This document shows positions 1 through 12,041 of a stretch of DNA of 64,000 nucleotides, piece by piece. The DNA is from Iphione sp. A-MEVVRFRX5 (lineage: Eukaryota), in the NCBI GenBank assembly GCA_976226885.1, contig OZ320313.1, forward strand, positions 57,722,001 through 57,786,000, in the 5' to 3' direction. Position numbers and translations under genes: made by a program. Below the pieces are notes generated by a model. The model was given only the letters and a program-made list of their open reading frames with translations, was not told the origin of the DNA and ran no database searches. The number at the start of each line of letters is the position of its first letter. Within the stretch, counting starts at the first letter, position 1.

Positions 1-1472
1 TCCACACAAGCGTCACAAAAAATCCAATCATCTGGATCTGGGGGTGGGAAAATTGAGATACCATTATATGATGACAGAAATTTTCCGAACCAATTCAAAT
101 CAGCTGCCACGTCCTGGTCGACAATGACAAACTTCATATTATGTTGCATGGCATGCCTATATTGTATAAGGATCCTTCCCAAGAACAATCGAGCTACAGG
201 GACGCCTCTAGCTATGTGATTAACAAGACCCATAATTCGTTGGCACTCTTTAACCGACACCTTCCTCTTGTCTAGGGCATCACGGCATTGTTGGAGTAAT
301 TTACAGATTTTTTGGTTAGGAATTGACAGAGTATTATTTTGTAAATCGATGGTGACCCCTAGCCAGGTCAGTCTCGTAGTTGGGGGACAACATTTGTGGA
401 CAGCTAATGGCAGTCCCAGACGCTTAATGAACTCCAGGGTATGTGCATATGCTTGTTGAGCAACGTTAACGGGTGATACGAAAATGTAATCGTCGAGATA
501 TGGTAGACCTACAACATTGGGGTTATTGACGGCTATAGTACCAACAATATGTTCAGAAATAACCTGCATGTACATGGAACTCATTCTGGTTCCAAAGGGT
601 AAACACTTGTCGAAGAAAAAGGCGTCATTGTGTTTGATGCCCAACAGGGGCCAGTCAAGGGGATCTATAGGAAAGTTCCTATACGCACGTTTAAGGTCTA
701 CAGACCACAACAATACAGGTTCCTTTTGGATATTAACAACCTCGACCAGGTCATATGTGGACGGCAGTGATAGCTTGTACATAATGTCAAAAAACATATG
801 AGGTGGTATGTGATCGTTCACCCCACTGAACGCCAAGTCCACTATGATCCTGTGGCTGTCCTCAGTTGACTTAGGGCGAGTCGTAATTGGACTGACAACA
901 AACTCAGAGAATGGGTGAGTGTCATAAGGACCTACTAGGGCACCCATGTGCAATTCTTCAGAAATATATTTGTCAACATGATGGACTACAGAGGGCTGCA
1001 CTGGATAATTGGTTACATTTACATGAGGTAGACATGTTCCAGTGTAGCCGAGGGGGAAGCCAAACTTTATGGCGTCCCTGAAGAACGTATCATTGGCGCT
1101 ATCTGTAGGAAGCACCTCCTGCCAGGCTAAATGGTTCAATTTAGATGCTAACTGGAACCTTGTTTCAAAGAGGTTTGGTCGACCAGAGGACCTAACCGAT
1201 TCATAGATGCATAGGTCAGGGTCGTTCATCACCGCATGAGGCCATTTGATCAGCCTCGAGACAGTGAGCTGGTCGATGTAGGGCATTTCGTGTGTAAGAA
1301 GACTGTTTCCTCGGAAAGGGCTGTCAGGGGCGAGATCGTAGTCGTCATCAGGTACGGTCGTCATCAGCCAGGTCGTCACCATTCGTATTCTCTCCTGTGC
1401 TTGGACGTCTGCTCTGCGTTCTGCCCTGTAGGCCTCGTCTCTGAGGGCTTTGGCTTCTTCTTGTGGCGACAT
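1..1472 (-). CDS. pol: DIRS/Ngaro-type retrotransposon reverse transcriptase/RNase H ORF (element 1), open to the left window edge
   Basis: Manual translation of the minus strand from ATG 1472 (MSPQEEAK...) shows no stop down to position 1. Motifs: RIIVDL, VDLKRAYRNFPIDPLDWPLLG, CLPFGTRMSS, PYLDDY (YxDD, about 486-503), LTWLGVTID, DLNWF, and WIFCDAC (start of RNase H). The ORF track misses it because it has no in-window stop. It overlaps the gag 3' end in another frame, typical of DIRS-class elements. Confidence 0.93.
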   Translation of the reverse strand, partial: MSPQEEAKALRDEAYRAERRADVQAQERIRMVTTWLMTTVPDDDYDLAPDSPFRGNSLLTHEMPYIDQLTVSRLIKWPHAVMNDPDLCIYESVRSSGRPNLFETRFQLASKLNHLAWQEVLPTDSANDTFFRDAIKFGFPLGYTGTCLPHVNVTNYPVQPSVVHHVDKYISEELHMGALVGPYDTHPFSEFVVSPITTRPKSTEDSHRIIVDLAFSGVNDHIPPHMFFDIMYKLSLPSTYDLVEVVNIQKEPVLLWSVDLKRAYRNFPIDPLDWPLLGIKHNDAFFFDKCLPFGTRMSSMYMQVISEHIVGTIAVNNPNVVGLPYLDDYIFVSPVNVAQQAYAHTLEFIKRLGLPLAVHKCCPPTTRLTWLGVTIDLQNNTLSIPNQKICKLLQQCRDALDKRKVSVKECQRIMGLVNHIARGVPVARLFLGRILIQYRHAMQHNMKFVIVDQDVAADLNWFGKFLSSYNGISIFPPPDPDDWIFCDACV

Positions 1473-2332
1473 GCCTCTGGGCGGTGGTCGAACATCTTAT
1501 TGAGCATGTAATAACAAACAGGGCATGAGTGAATAAACCTGTACTGATCTGCAACGTGGTAGTTGGATAATTGACATTTCCCAGCTATCCAAGATGGACA
1601 CACTGCTATTGAGTCCCTAGCTGTACCCTGGGTCGACAGAACACTGCTTTGGTGATTATAGGCGTTGATGGACCTGGACTTCTGCTGTTGTATCTTAGCA
1701 TAATCCTGTAGCTTGACCCTACCTAGGTTGACTGCCTCCCATAATTCTCCTACCCACTCTCGTAGTGGGGGCCATGGGATCGACCTAGCCTCATCTACCA
1801 AGTCGAGCAAATGTTCTATAAGTGCTGGTTTGGAGATACTGGCTGGGGCCTTTGGGTCATTGTACATATGTAGGATACCAAGAATGTACTGAAAGATCGT
1901 GAGCTTAGCCAGGTCGGGCTTGTCCGAGTCTGCCTGGTATACATAGGTAGCAGGTGAAAATCTCCTTGGCTTACCTTTCACCTGAAGACTGTCTGGGTAT
2001 AGGGCTGAGAAGAACTCCCCTGACCTGGCCTCTCCTATTCTCCTCAGTTCACCAGGTGGGGGAAATTCCTCAGCTAGGGAGTAGTTCTCATCATCGTCGT
2101 CGTCGTCGTCCTCTGTTGTACCGCCTGTAGCTCCGCCTGTAGCACCGGCGGTGGACACGGTTGACTGGTCACCGGTCACATTCGGCTGTGACTTTGACCT
2201 TGTGACCACTCCGGTCCTAGGCTTATCTGCTCCTTCCAGCTTTGCCTCTAAATTCTTCATTCTCTGTGTGATTTCCAAGATAGCCTTGTTTAAGTCCTGG
2301 AGTGTACATTTTTCCTCCCCAGACTTAGACAT
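1376..2332 (-). CDS. gag: DIRS/Ngaro-type gag-like ORF1 (element 1), intact, 318 aa
   Basis: Uninterrupted ORF with an N-terminal coiled coil, an acidic tract and a C-terminal Cys/His finger (CPSWIAGKC...HSCPVC...HRPEAC). It sits directly upstream of, and overlaps, the RT ORF. Confidence 0.88.
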   Translation of the reverse strand: MSKSGEEKCTLQDLNKAILEITQRMKNLEAKLEGADKPRTGVVTRSKSQPNVTGDQSTVSTAGATGGATGGTTEDDDDDDDENYSLAEEFPPPGELRRIGEARSGEFFSALYPDSLQVKGKPRRFSPATYVYQADSDKPDLAKLTIFQYILGILHMYNDPKAPASISKPALIEHLLDLVDEARSIPWPPLREWVGELWEAVNLGRVKLQDYAKIQQQKSRSINAYNHQSSVLSTQGTARDSIAVCPSWIAGKCQLSNYHVADQYRFIHSCPVCYYMLNKMFDHRPEACRHKKKPKPSETRPTGQNAEQTSKHRREYEW

Positions 2333-4230
2333 ATCGTTGCTATCTGTCGGTCAAGCGGTCACTCTATCACAACAACACGTCTGCCCACGGCGGTCGGCGA
2401 CAACGGACTGGGCCGCAGTGACCCAGCCCTCTGGTGTTTCTCTACAGAACTAGATGCCTCGTTACCGCCGTGGGGCAGTACCATACCTATTGAGCGAGAC
2501 AAGATTTCGTTGGTGGAGTTCCTCTTTTCTTGGTTTGCAATTTGCTTGGGTCCATCTTTCCAAGTGTTGAGCGAAAATATGTGAAGCTTTGTAAATGATG
2601 GGAAGCATATTAGTCAAGTGGGCTTTACATGAGAGAAAGGTAAGAGGAATTTGAGGTGGTGGAATTTGTGTTGTGTTAGAGCCGGATAGAGAGAGAGTCA
2701 ATGCTAAAGAACAATAAGGGATTTTGGTAGGGAGGACTGTTGTGGTCTACAGGATTAGCAATGGCATAGAGTTACGAGTATGAGGTTTAGACATGAAAGC
2801 CGAGGGCTTGGATGAAGTGCAACCTTGAGGTTTTTTCAAGAGTGTCTATACGTAGGCCCTATACCAGTTACACCGATTGTTGTTGTTCATTTTCCATCGT
2901 AATGATGTTTTTCAGAGATGGGTCAATTTTATACACCTACTCTGCTGTGGTATTACAGATTTGCACTAGCTACTCACCCTTATTTGCTCCTGTAGTGTCG
3001 TGAGTATGCACCTAGTGACGGCACCACTACTTTTTTTAAAACTCAGTGGCTATGCGGTGCTATGTATATGTGTCCAGGAACCCTTATTCGGTTCTGGAGG
3101 CTTGTAGTGTTGGGGCTATGTACTCAAGGATCCTGAGGGTTCCATGGTACCACGGTAATACACTTACTGACCCTATCAGCTCTATGGTGAGGCAGGAACT
3201 GGTATACATGTACCCATTTCTCTGGCAGGAGGCTACACTCTGTACAAGTGTTAATATAGGCTCATCATCTCCTTTTGACAGTACAACATATTGACAAAAT
3301 CTGGATCATCGTTTCTACCTGGGGCCAAATTGTCAAAAAAACAAAACATTGACAATCACTTGGACATACCAGCCCTATTGAATTTGAAAACTTCAGTAAC
3401 TGCTTCAATAAAATAATCATCACTGATAGGCAATTGAACCATGGCTGAGAGACTGAAGAAACTGGTACTGCAGATGGAATTTTTACGTTATAATAGAGAA
3501 GCACAACAAAAATTTATATGGCAGATGTCTCCGTCCATTCAGACATTTGAACATAAACATCTCATGAATTGCTTGATAGATTCTCTTCTAATTTGGTAGC
3601 CATTTAAATAATATATTGGCAATTGTCTGTGTAATTTTGGTCATATTTCCTATATTTTAGAGGTACGAAAAATTACAAATGTATAGTTCATGAGTCGACA
3701 TAGTCTAACTCTTTACTTCACAGAACAGTATACTAATATGCTCTTTGACGTCACGGTGATTGTTGTGCTGCCTTCTGGTGTCTTCTAAAAAAACTAGATA
3801 GGTCAATTGTTCATGTCTCATGAAGGCCCTAACTAATTTTGCATTCTAGTAGGTGATTTATATTTTATGCAGACCATACTGAGGGCTATACTCTCTCCCA
3901 AAGGCAAAATGCAAAACAGTGATCATGAAGAAAATAACTTTACAGTTAATCCTTTCCCAAGGTTTTAATTAATAGGGATAGTAATCTGAACGGGAACTTT
4001 TTTGAATATACTACTTGCAACTTTTGATGGGGTACATCAGACCTACTGCAGATCGTGCCTTTTGACTTGGTATGAGGAGCAGATAAATGACTTTAAAATA
4101 TCAATGCAAAAGGCAGTATCTGCCAAGTACATGTACGAACTTTTGCCTCAGAAGCAGTAAGTGGTAGTTATTGCCTTTTACATAAATTAGTATGGAATAA
4201 CTTATTACTGATACTAAGAACAAGTACAGC

Positions 4231-4266
4231 GAGTGGGAAACAGTACATCTTGTCTGTATGCCAGTA
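4231..4266 (+). repeat. 36-bp direct repeat, copy 1
   Basis: gagtgggaaacagtacatcttgtctgtatgccagta; 35/36 identical to 6718-6753. Confidence 0.9.
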
Positions 4267-4374
4267 GGAGCATAACCGGATGGTTGTACCTTATCACATG
4301 AGGGGGCGACACTGCGGCGGCTTATAATTCGGAGTTCGCACTCCCCAACCATCACTCTAGGGTCCGCCGCAGTC

Positions 4375-5315
4375 ATGGCAGAAGCATTACTAGCTGAGCA
4401 GTCCAAATTACTTGAGGATATTCTTAAAAGACTTCAGATCCTTGAGGAAGGAAAGCCAAAAAGACCTAAGAAGACCTCAAAAACCAAATCAATGATAGTA
4501 ACAAGGAGTAAATCAGCACAAGACGAAAATAATGCTTCAAACCCAGATGAGGAAGACAAGGCTGACAACAGTGAGGTGGACGAGGACGACCAGGACCCTA
4601 CACCAGAGACCCTCAAAGGTGCAGCAGGGACACACATACAAGGCATTCTAGCAGCCATGTACCCTGAAATCGTACCTGCAGGTAAGAAAAACCCCAAACC
4701 AAATCCAGCTTCTTAGGTTAGGCTCCCCAAGGGAGAGAAGCCTGAAATGGGGAAATTGACTTTCCATCAATATATAGCAGGTACGATCTCTATGGGTCTA
4801 GATAAGACTACATCCATCAATATATAGCAGGTATGATCTCTATGGCTCTAGATAAGACTACATCCAAGACACTCCAACACCACCTCCTGAAACACGCAAA
4901 GGAGGTAGTGGAAGAGACTGAGTCGGTAGACTGGGAACCTATTTTGCAGTGGGTCACCAATCTTTGGGCTGACCTCCAGGCAGGTCAAATTGAATGGACT
5001 GATGCCATAGCTATTAACAAAATTAAGAGAAAGGCTATAAATGCATTTTTGTGTGCGTCCAACAGGCAGAAACAAGAAGATGACATAGAGGCAGTATGTG
5101 ACCTGTGGCAAACTGGCAAGTGCGATAGTAAATCAGAACATTCAGTCGATAGGGTGAAGTTGCTACATTGCTGCTCCTTTTGCAGGGTCATGTACAATAA
5201 ATCACTCAAGCATAAATTAGAGCAATGTAGGCACAAGAAGAGGCTAGCCAGGGCAGACGGCAGTGATTCAAAAAACTACAGCCGGGACAGTTGGAGGCAC
5301 CAGGCCGACCAGTGA
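4375..5315 (+). pseudogene. gag: Disrupted gag-like ORF1 of element 2
   Basis: Aligns by eye with element 1 gag: IVTRSKS/VVTRSKS, AMYPE/ALYPD, LTFHQYIAG/LTIFQYILG, WEPILQWVTNLW/WPPLREWVGELW, plus the Cys/His finger. There is an in-frame TAG at 4714-4716 where element 1 has Tyr, and a 50-bp tandem duplication (4764-4863) shifts the frame. Confidence 0.88.
4764..4863 (+). repeat. 50-bp tandem duplication inside element 2 gag
   Basis: Two units, 4764-4813 and 4814-4863, differing at 2 positions. Confidence 0.95.
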
Positions 5316-6711
5316 ATGACTCACCTCTAGAGCCCCCAAACAACAACACCATCCCACCAACGAAGCGTCCCAAACCAGCGCCCGACTTCGAGGTAAATGC
5401 CGACCTAGGTGACCCAGAGACACACTTCGAGATTGACTACAACCTGCCTGAAACAACAACAGAGATTCTAGACTACAAACCGATTACAAACATTGCGCTT
5501 ATACACTCATGAGTGCACAACTGGCCAATCATGTTACAAAAGGGTTGTGAGAAATTAGTGTATATCTATTCAAATGTAGTTGCATCAGGCCTCCCTAACT
5601 GCATGGAATGTAAACTGCCACTCGATAACGACCTTAACATACCGTTATGGTCAGAGGTGGTTGGCACTGGTACGCTGTTGCAACAAATACTAATGAATGG
5701 CCTAGAATTCTGTTTTTAAGTGGGATACACAGCCACATTCATTCCTTGCATTCATGTTAACAATTACAAGTCTGCAATTGATTTTCCAGAACACCTTGAT
5801 GCATACGTGAGAGAAGAACTACAGGGGAAAGCAATCTCACCTCCCTCATCAATACCTCCATTTCATTCATGTGCATGTAGCCCAATTCTAACTAGACGAA
5901 AGACAGACCCCTCAAAACGTAGGATAGTCATTGACCTATCAGCAACAGATGTAAACGAGGCGATTCCCCCACACTTTCTTTTTGACTATGAATATTATAT
6001 GACCCTCCCCTCCCCTCATGATATGGTTGGCCACATACAGCAATTTAACCAGCACGCATGCACAGCTACAATTGACATCAGTAGAGCATATAGGAACTTC
6101 AAGATAGACCCCCTGGACTGGCCCCTACTTGTCTTTAATGTTTCTCAAAATTATTACTTTGATTTGTCTCTGCCGTTCGGCACACGTCTCTCCTCATTCT
6201 ACTTGCAGATGCTGACTGAGAAGATAGCAGAGTATGTAACCAAAAATTGTGACCATGTAGTCATAAAACCATATCTAGATGATTTTGTCATAATTGGTCA
6301 GTCGAAACACCATACACAGGTAGCATATGAGTATATTAAAAATCTCCTGTATGCACTAGGCCTTAAGGTGGCAGAGCAAAAATGCTCACCTCCAAGCCAC
6401 TCAGCAGTATGGTTAGGAGTAAGAATTGATGTTAAAAACAGAGTTCTATCAATCCCACATGAAAAGATAGACAAGGCACAGGTAGCAGCAAACACCCTGT
6501 ACAGCTCAAGCGAGATTTCCGTCAAGCAGGTACAACAGTTTGTTGGCCATATTGTCTTCATATCCAGATGTTGCATCCCAGCAAGGTTGTTTATTTGTGA
6601 GCTACTTCATCAGTATAGACTCGCAAATAAGGCACAAACTCATGTAAAGGTATTTCACAGAGTTAAGGAGGATATGAAATGGTTCATGAATGCAATGCCC
6701 TTATATAATGG
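5291..6711 (+). pseudogene. pol: Disrupted RT ORF of element 2
   Basis: ORFs 5291-5512, 5513-5719 and 5720-6754 share one frame, separated by single stops. Motifs: RRIVIDL, IDISRAYRNFKIDPLDWPLL, LPFGTRLSS, PYLDDF, VWLGVRID. Homology ends at LYNG (about 6711), before the RNase H Asp motif seen in element 1. Confidence 0.9.
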
Positions 6712-6717
6712 CTTACA

Positions 6718-6753
6718 GAGTGGGAAACAGTACCTCTTGTCTGTATGCCAGTA
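6718..6753 (+). repeat. 36-bp direct repeat, copy 2
   Basis: gagtgggaaacagtacctcttgtctgtatgccagta; begins just after RT homology breaks off. Confidence 0.9.
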
Positions 6754-7091
6754 AAAATTTACTGTTTATTGAGACCAAGGCAAAAGGCAATATCTGCCAC
6801 GCACAGCTGATATACATACTTCATAGGTCGGTGTATTGTTTCCAAAACTATTTAGATAAGGAATTTTGTTAATTGGAAGGTTATATTTTCAAAGGAACGA
6901 ATTACCTATAATTTGCAGATTCTAGTTTTACATTACCCGGTAATAGAAATTTACTGTCATTGAAAAATTGAGCGCTGTACATATATATAAAAGAAATTAA
7001 ATTTCTTTAAAAACGGAACCTCTATTTAAATAATTCAATAAACTGTTATTTCTACCATCTTATGCAAATGATCGAGTATAATAGTATAGCA

Positions 7092-7417
7092 TGTAAGAAG
7101 CCATCTGTAATAGTGATTCTGTGTCAATCAATCCGTTTGACTCAATCCATGTTGAGTGATCCCTGAGGGAACATATAGTGCAAAAATAACTGCAATGTCA
7201 TATGTCACTGCAGTGTAGTGGGGTTTTGGGGGGAACGATGTGACTATTTTGGGTGATGGTTATGTAACCTGAGGGTATAAAAGAGGATTGGTTTTGTAAA
7301 TAAACAGGAGAAAGCTCACCCGTGCACAACTGATCATCGTTCACTTGGCGTGAACCAGATCAGTTACTTCTTAATTGATTCACAGCTACTATTGCTCTTT
7401 AACCTAGACATGTTACA
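7092..7417 (+). mobile_element. Possible solo LTR
   Basis: TGTAA...TTACA inverted termini, 326 bp, with an internal TATAAAA followed by AATAAA. No clean TSD, PBS/PPT or second copy was found. Confidence 0.35.
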
Positions 7418-9397
7418 ATGGATATGGTAATAACATCCAGCTTTGCTATGATAAAGCAGGCTTTATCAAGGTAAAGGGCAGCATCTGAAGTAAATTTATA
7501 CTAATACCAAGGTAAGACACAGTAAATGGCAAATACTGCTTGTTGTCTTAGAATAGGCTACGTGTAAGGATAATCATCACCGTGATGGAAAGAGTGACAG
7601 CTCCCTCATCAATGGTAAGAAATAAGTGTCAGTTGATCAACAACAAAATTTATCCCTGCCGTCATCGTCAGCATTCATTCTTTTGCAGTTTCCAAAAATG
7701 TTAAATAAAAGACTGTAGAACAAAAGTTTTGTTATAATGAAAATATAAAATGCATTTTTACCAGTAACCAGTTGACACCTTGTCCACAAGGGGGCAGCAC
7801 GGGAAAATTGCTGTGCTGGTTAGAGACATATATATATATATATAACTTAACTATGGAATACGAACTATTCTGAGCAATAATACTGTCTACATTTGGGCCG
7901 CGTCTGTAAAGCAGATGTGTCCGCCAACAGATGTTCAACTGTGTGTAGTTATACAAACCGTGCAGTGGCATGTTGCAAGATTGTGTTGCAATATTTTCTG
8001 GAATTTTGAATCTGTTATAATGTGAATATGGAATGGAAGCCATTATCTCATGATGAGGGATTCCCGTTAGTCACTGTAGAGTGTTACTAGTTAGGGGATG
8101 TTTTGGCCATTGCTTGGTCGTAATCATCAGGGGGCTTGACTACTGAAGGATGAAAGAGTTACCATATGGGTTGCAGATTTCCGGTGTAAACGGGTCCGTA
8201 AATTAATTTGGTAATTGCTAAAACAAAATAGTGTGAAATGGGGGCTGTTTTTATACTTAGCATAGTGCACAGAAGAGATCAGTGTAAAAAACTTTAAAAG
8301 GGAGAACCTAACCATGGAAGAGATCGAGATTTCTCTTAACAATTCATGATTATCCCTTTACACTGATGTCTAACGACACAAAACTATGGGAATAACCCAA
8401 ATTTTCCAGCCCAAAGCTTGGTCTTCTACGCGAGTAGAATGTGGTTTTCGGTGCCGAAGTCAGATTCTTGATCTGGGGAGTCTTGCATGCAACGTTTGGT
8501 CTATGTCGTCTCATCGCTGATCAAAAAAGTCTTGAAGTGCGCGAAGACATGAAGGGCATTGCCAAGTAGTCGAAAGATTGCGGGTGGGTTACGTGTTGGA
8601 GATGCCTTTTATTGAACCTCCATGATCTTTGCTATGCAGAAGAAAGAAAATGTAGAGGTTGGCAGCAACGGAAGTAGTCTGGGATAGGCTTTCGAATGAC
8701 GATCCAGTGTGATTTGATTCTCCAGAATATCCCCCGTCAGAATCTCAATTGTGCGCTCTCTGTGTGCACGATCCCTGGGTCGTTCTTGGTCTGCGATGAC
8801 ATCCTACCTGGGGTCACGGTACTTTCTGCCTGCCGGAATGATTCGTGTATATTACAGTGTACGTGGAAGAGAGGGGAGGGTATTGGATTTGGTAATCTCG
8901 GCTGGAGAGAAGTTTGCCATCACCATTGGACAGGACGGGGCTAGATTGATTGTAGTCCCTATATCCCTATTGCCTCCTGCATCCTCTCCTGATACGTGTT
9001 GGCTCTAGAGAAAGGAATATAGTTTAGTGGGTGCACCTGTGAAGTTCACATGTGTTTTCCGGGAGTAGCGAGCAATTGGAAAAGATAAATCTCGGTGCTA
9101 GAAATGTAGAACCCGAGAGTAGATTAATCCATTTGCAAGATTTCTCCCTTTTACACACGCCTAAATATTAAGTCCTCGTCTTGTCACGTTGGATTTGTAC
9201 ATATTTGTCTATTCGTTAATGAAATAATACGTGTACATGTACATGTATATCAAAGTGTAAACAGTACGATTCTATCATTATACATGTACACCTAAACAAA
9301 AGTTTTCAGTCAAAATACTGGTGGAAGTGCACAAGTTTTGGGGGTATTTTGACTCTATCACTGGTAAGAATAGTACTTGTCTTAGATTTGGTTAAAT

Positions 9398-9445
<48 letters not shown>

Positions 9446-9469
9446 AGGAGAGAGAGAGTGAGAGAGAGA
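9398..9469. repeat. (GA)n microsatellite, imperfect
   Basis: Read directly from the sequence. Confidence 0.97.
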
Positions 9470-11100
9470 CGTCACAAAGCAGGAACCAAAGAATAGACCA
9501 AGAAGAATATTCCATGGGTGCATTATGCACTATATGCCATGTCTAAATGTCTCATCACAATTATGCCCCCAGTAGAAACTTACTGATGTGAAAGTCATCC
9601 ATATCTACGCATTGCTGCTAAGCAGGTATACATCAAGTGGTTGGAAAGCTGTCACCAGCAGTTTTAAAAGCTGTCACCAGCACAACCTTTTGTGTAACGC
9701 AATTTCAACACTTCATGCAGAGTGCGCAATGAACAATTGAAATTTTGGCCTCACGCAAGCAACAAGCAAAATTAGTAGTTTGGGTGGGAGGAAGGGCCAA
9801 CCGCCAACAGGAGGCGTCTATTTTCAATGAAAAATAGGGTCATTTTCCTACTATGACGTAAAAAAGAAATTGCAAATTAATGCATATTGTAATATAGCAC
9901 GAGTGCGTGGCCTCAACAATGTCCGATGTAAAACCCAGGCAGGCTTGCTAACAGAAAAATATTGTGTACGTAAGCACAGGGTAGGTCTGTGGTAGATCTC
10001 AATTTCTAAGCAGTAACCTGAGAAGCATCTTACATGAGAGTGCAAGGCGTAATCTTTGTGTAAGCTTTGCACGAATATCTACTGCATGTACATTTATAGA
10101 AAGAGAAATATGAAGAACGGAATTTGAGGATGAATGTCACAAGCAGCCGTAAAATAGAATATTTCTAGGAGGAGCTCTGTACGGAAGGAGTGAATTGGGG
10201 AATACGTTCGCGTTTTGCTTTACATCTTCGAATGGATGTAGCTGGCATTATTGTTAGAGGTCAATACTACAGCTCGGGATATGGACACATGAGAGGTTGT
10301 ACAGTGATATCCTCGGAGACATGTCGGAATAACAAGTCCTGATGACATTTTAATATATTCAGAACTCTCGTAAGACGTTCCACATTTTCCTCATGTTGAC
10401 AAAATGTCGGTAGGTTCCAGAAGAAATTGCTGAATTCCCATGAATTGTTTCTTCTTCTACTCATATTTACAAGGATAATAGTAAAATTAGTGTATTCCAA
10501 AAGTTTAATAAAGACATTGTTAGGCGATCAGAACTGTGTACTAAAATATTTTAAAGTTGAAACAGTCCGTCTAAAAGTGAAAACTGTACCTGCATATCAG
10601 GCATCGACATACATGTATTGAAGTGGTACTCGGACAGGACGTGATTGTTTGCAGTCGTGCAGTAACGGTTGAAATGTAAAACGGATCAATTGCCATGCAA
10701 GTACGGAAGAAATACACTTTTCCAAATGAAGAAGGCAAATGATTGAAAAGTAATCATCAGAAATACCTGGAGTACCTAGATGAATCCTTACAAGGTGATT
10801 TCATTGTCCTTTGTTTGATTAATCAACCTACAATTATCAACGACTGCCATTCTTTCCACTTTGAAAACAGTTACAACCCACCTGCTGTATGAACGTATGC
10901 CAAAAGCAGGACTCAAAATAATACACTCATATTTACTGCAACTTGCTGGAAGAATAACGGAGGTGCTGACACCTCAAGGTAATAAACGTATTATATGGAC
11001 CATCCACATTTAGTAAAATTCAGGCCATATGAAGTAAAGGCAAACATGTTATATAATTTTATAAGATATGTTATAAATCTGTTACCCAAAAGAAGTGATA

Positions 11101-11277
11101 CACTGAAACCTCTTAAATATGAACAGCAAAGGGACTGACTAAAAAGTGTTCATAAAGAGGGATGTGCTTCATAGCAGGTTTATTTAAACAACTTATATAG
11201 ATTTGGTTCTATTTCCAGACTGTGCATATTATGAGGGGTCCTTTATAGAGGATGTCCTTAGTAGAGGTTATAGAATG
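11101..11277. mobile_element. Degraded Tc1/mariner(pogo)-type MITE
   Basis: Flanked by TA on both sides. The left end cactgaaacctct resembles the reverse complement of the right end (...agaggttatagaatg); imperfect TIRs. Confidence 0.5.
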
Positions 11278-11687
11278 TAACAATAAATAAGCTCAATATG
11301 CTATGGTGAGTTACGAGAGAGGGTACCGCAAACTGAATAGTGTCTTTACAGCATCATTTCTGTAAAAGAAAATTGATAACAGGACATGCCTTTACATCTA
11401 AATACTCCAACGCAATTGTAAATACAAATATTACTAGTGATAGCTTCATAAAATGGTGGAGACATGATGTCCTACCAGCAAAAATCACTCCCTTAATTGC
11501 CTACCGTTCCTCAGCAAAGATTCACATCTCTGTTGAATTTTTTCCTGTCCCGACTTCATTTGCTGTAAATGATGGCAGACGAATAAACCTCACCGACTGA
11601 GAACAGAAAAGATTGAAACCACTATTCAAAAACTGTATCCCTATAATGATATAATGGATGGGTACACTTTCAATCATTGATTGTTTA

Positions 11688-12041
11688 GGCCCCAAAAAAT
11701 GGGGGTGTTTCTTGTAACGGCCAGCTAAAAACCTAGAAAGGGAGGGGGGTTAATCTTTTTTTTCTTTTTTAGATTTTTTTCCCCTTTTTCTTCCTCTGTA
11801 ATAATAATAAAGATAATATCAGGAAATTTTGAGCAATCTGTATGAGTTTTACTGTTTTTTGGTGAATTTCCATGGATTTTTTTGTTTTTCTACTAAATTT
11901 ACCAAAATCATGTGCCATAAAAACACATATGTATCTAAGGAAATTCAGCCTTGGAAACTCTTTGGGGCCAAAACTTTTTAGGTAGGGTGAGGTTTTACTA
12001 GGTAGGGGTGGGTTACCAGAAACACACCTATTTTTTTTTCC
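11688..12041. mobile_element. MITE with imperfect TIRs and TTAA-like target (Kolobok-like)
   Basis: Left end ggccccaaaaaatgggggtgtttcttgtaac versus right-end reverse complement ggaaaaaaaaataggtgtgtttctggtaac; flanked by ttta and ttaa. Confidence 0.6.

Larger units (their letters stand above)
1..2470 (-). mobile_element. DIRS/Ngaro-like retrotransposon, element 1 (5' part only; 5' boundary approximate)
   Basis: gag plus overlapping RT/RNase H. A tyrosine recombinase ORF is expected from established DIRS architecture but would lie beyond the left edge and is not seen here. Confidence 0.85.
4267..6717 (+). mobile_element. Decayed, 3'-truncated DIRS/Ngaro-like retrotransposon, element 2
   Basis: gag and RT are homologous to element 1. 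It lies between 36-bp direct repeats (4231-4266 and 6718-6753). No RNase H core or tyrosine recombinase was recognised. Confidence 0.85.

Noticed and set aside
2470-4230. Decayed tyrosine recombinase or env ORF between or after the DIRS elements (also 6754-7090)
   Set aside because: I translated several frames; they show frequent stops and no R...H-x-x-R...Y catalytic motifs. A profile-HMM search would be needed.
1-6754. RT as a retron, group II intron or hepadnavirus-like polymerase
   Set aside because: The overlapping gag with a Cys/His finger, the LPFG/YLDD context and the following RNase H start fit DIRS-class retrotransposons.
4106-6799. 36-bp repeats as a CRISPR-like array
   Set aside because: Only two copies, 2.5 kb apart, with no spacers or cas genes, in a eukaryotic context.
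8380-9100. Protein-like minus-strand frame (RDRAHRERTIEIL...WQCPSC)
   Set aside because: About 8 stops in 240 codons is close to random expectation, and there is no recognisable domain.
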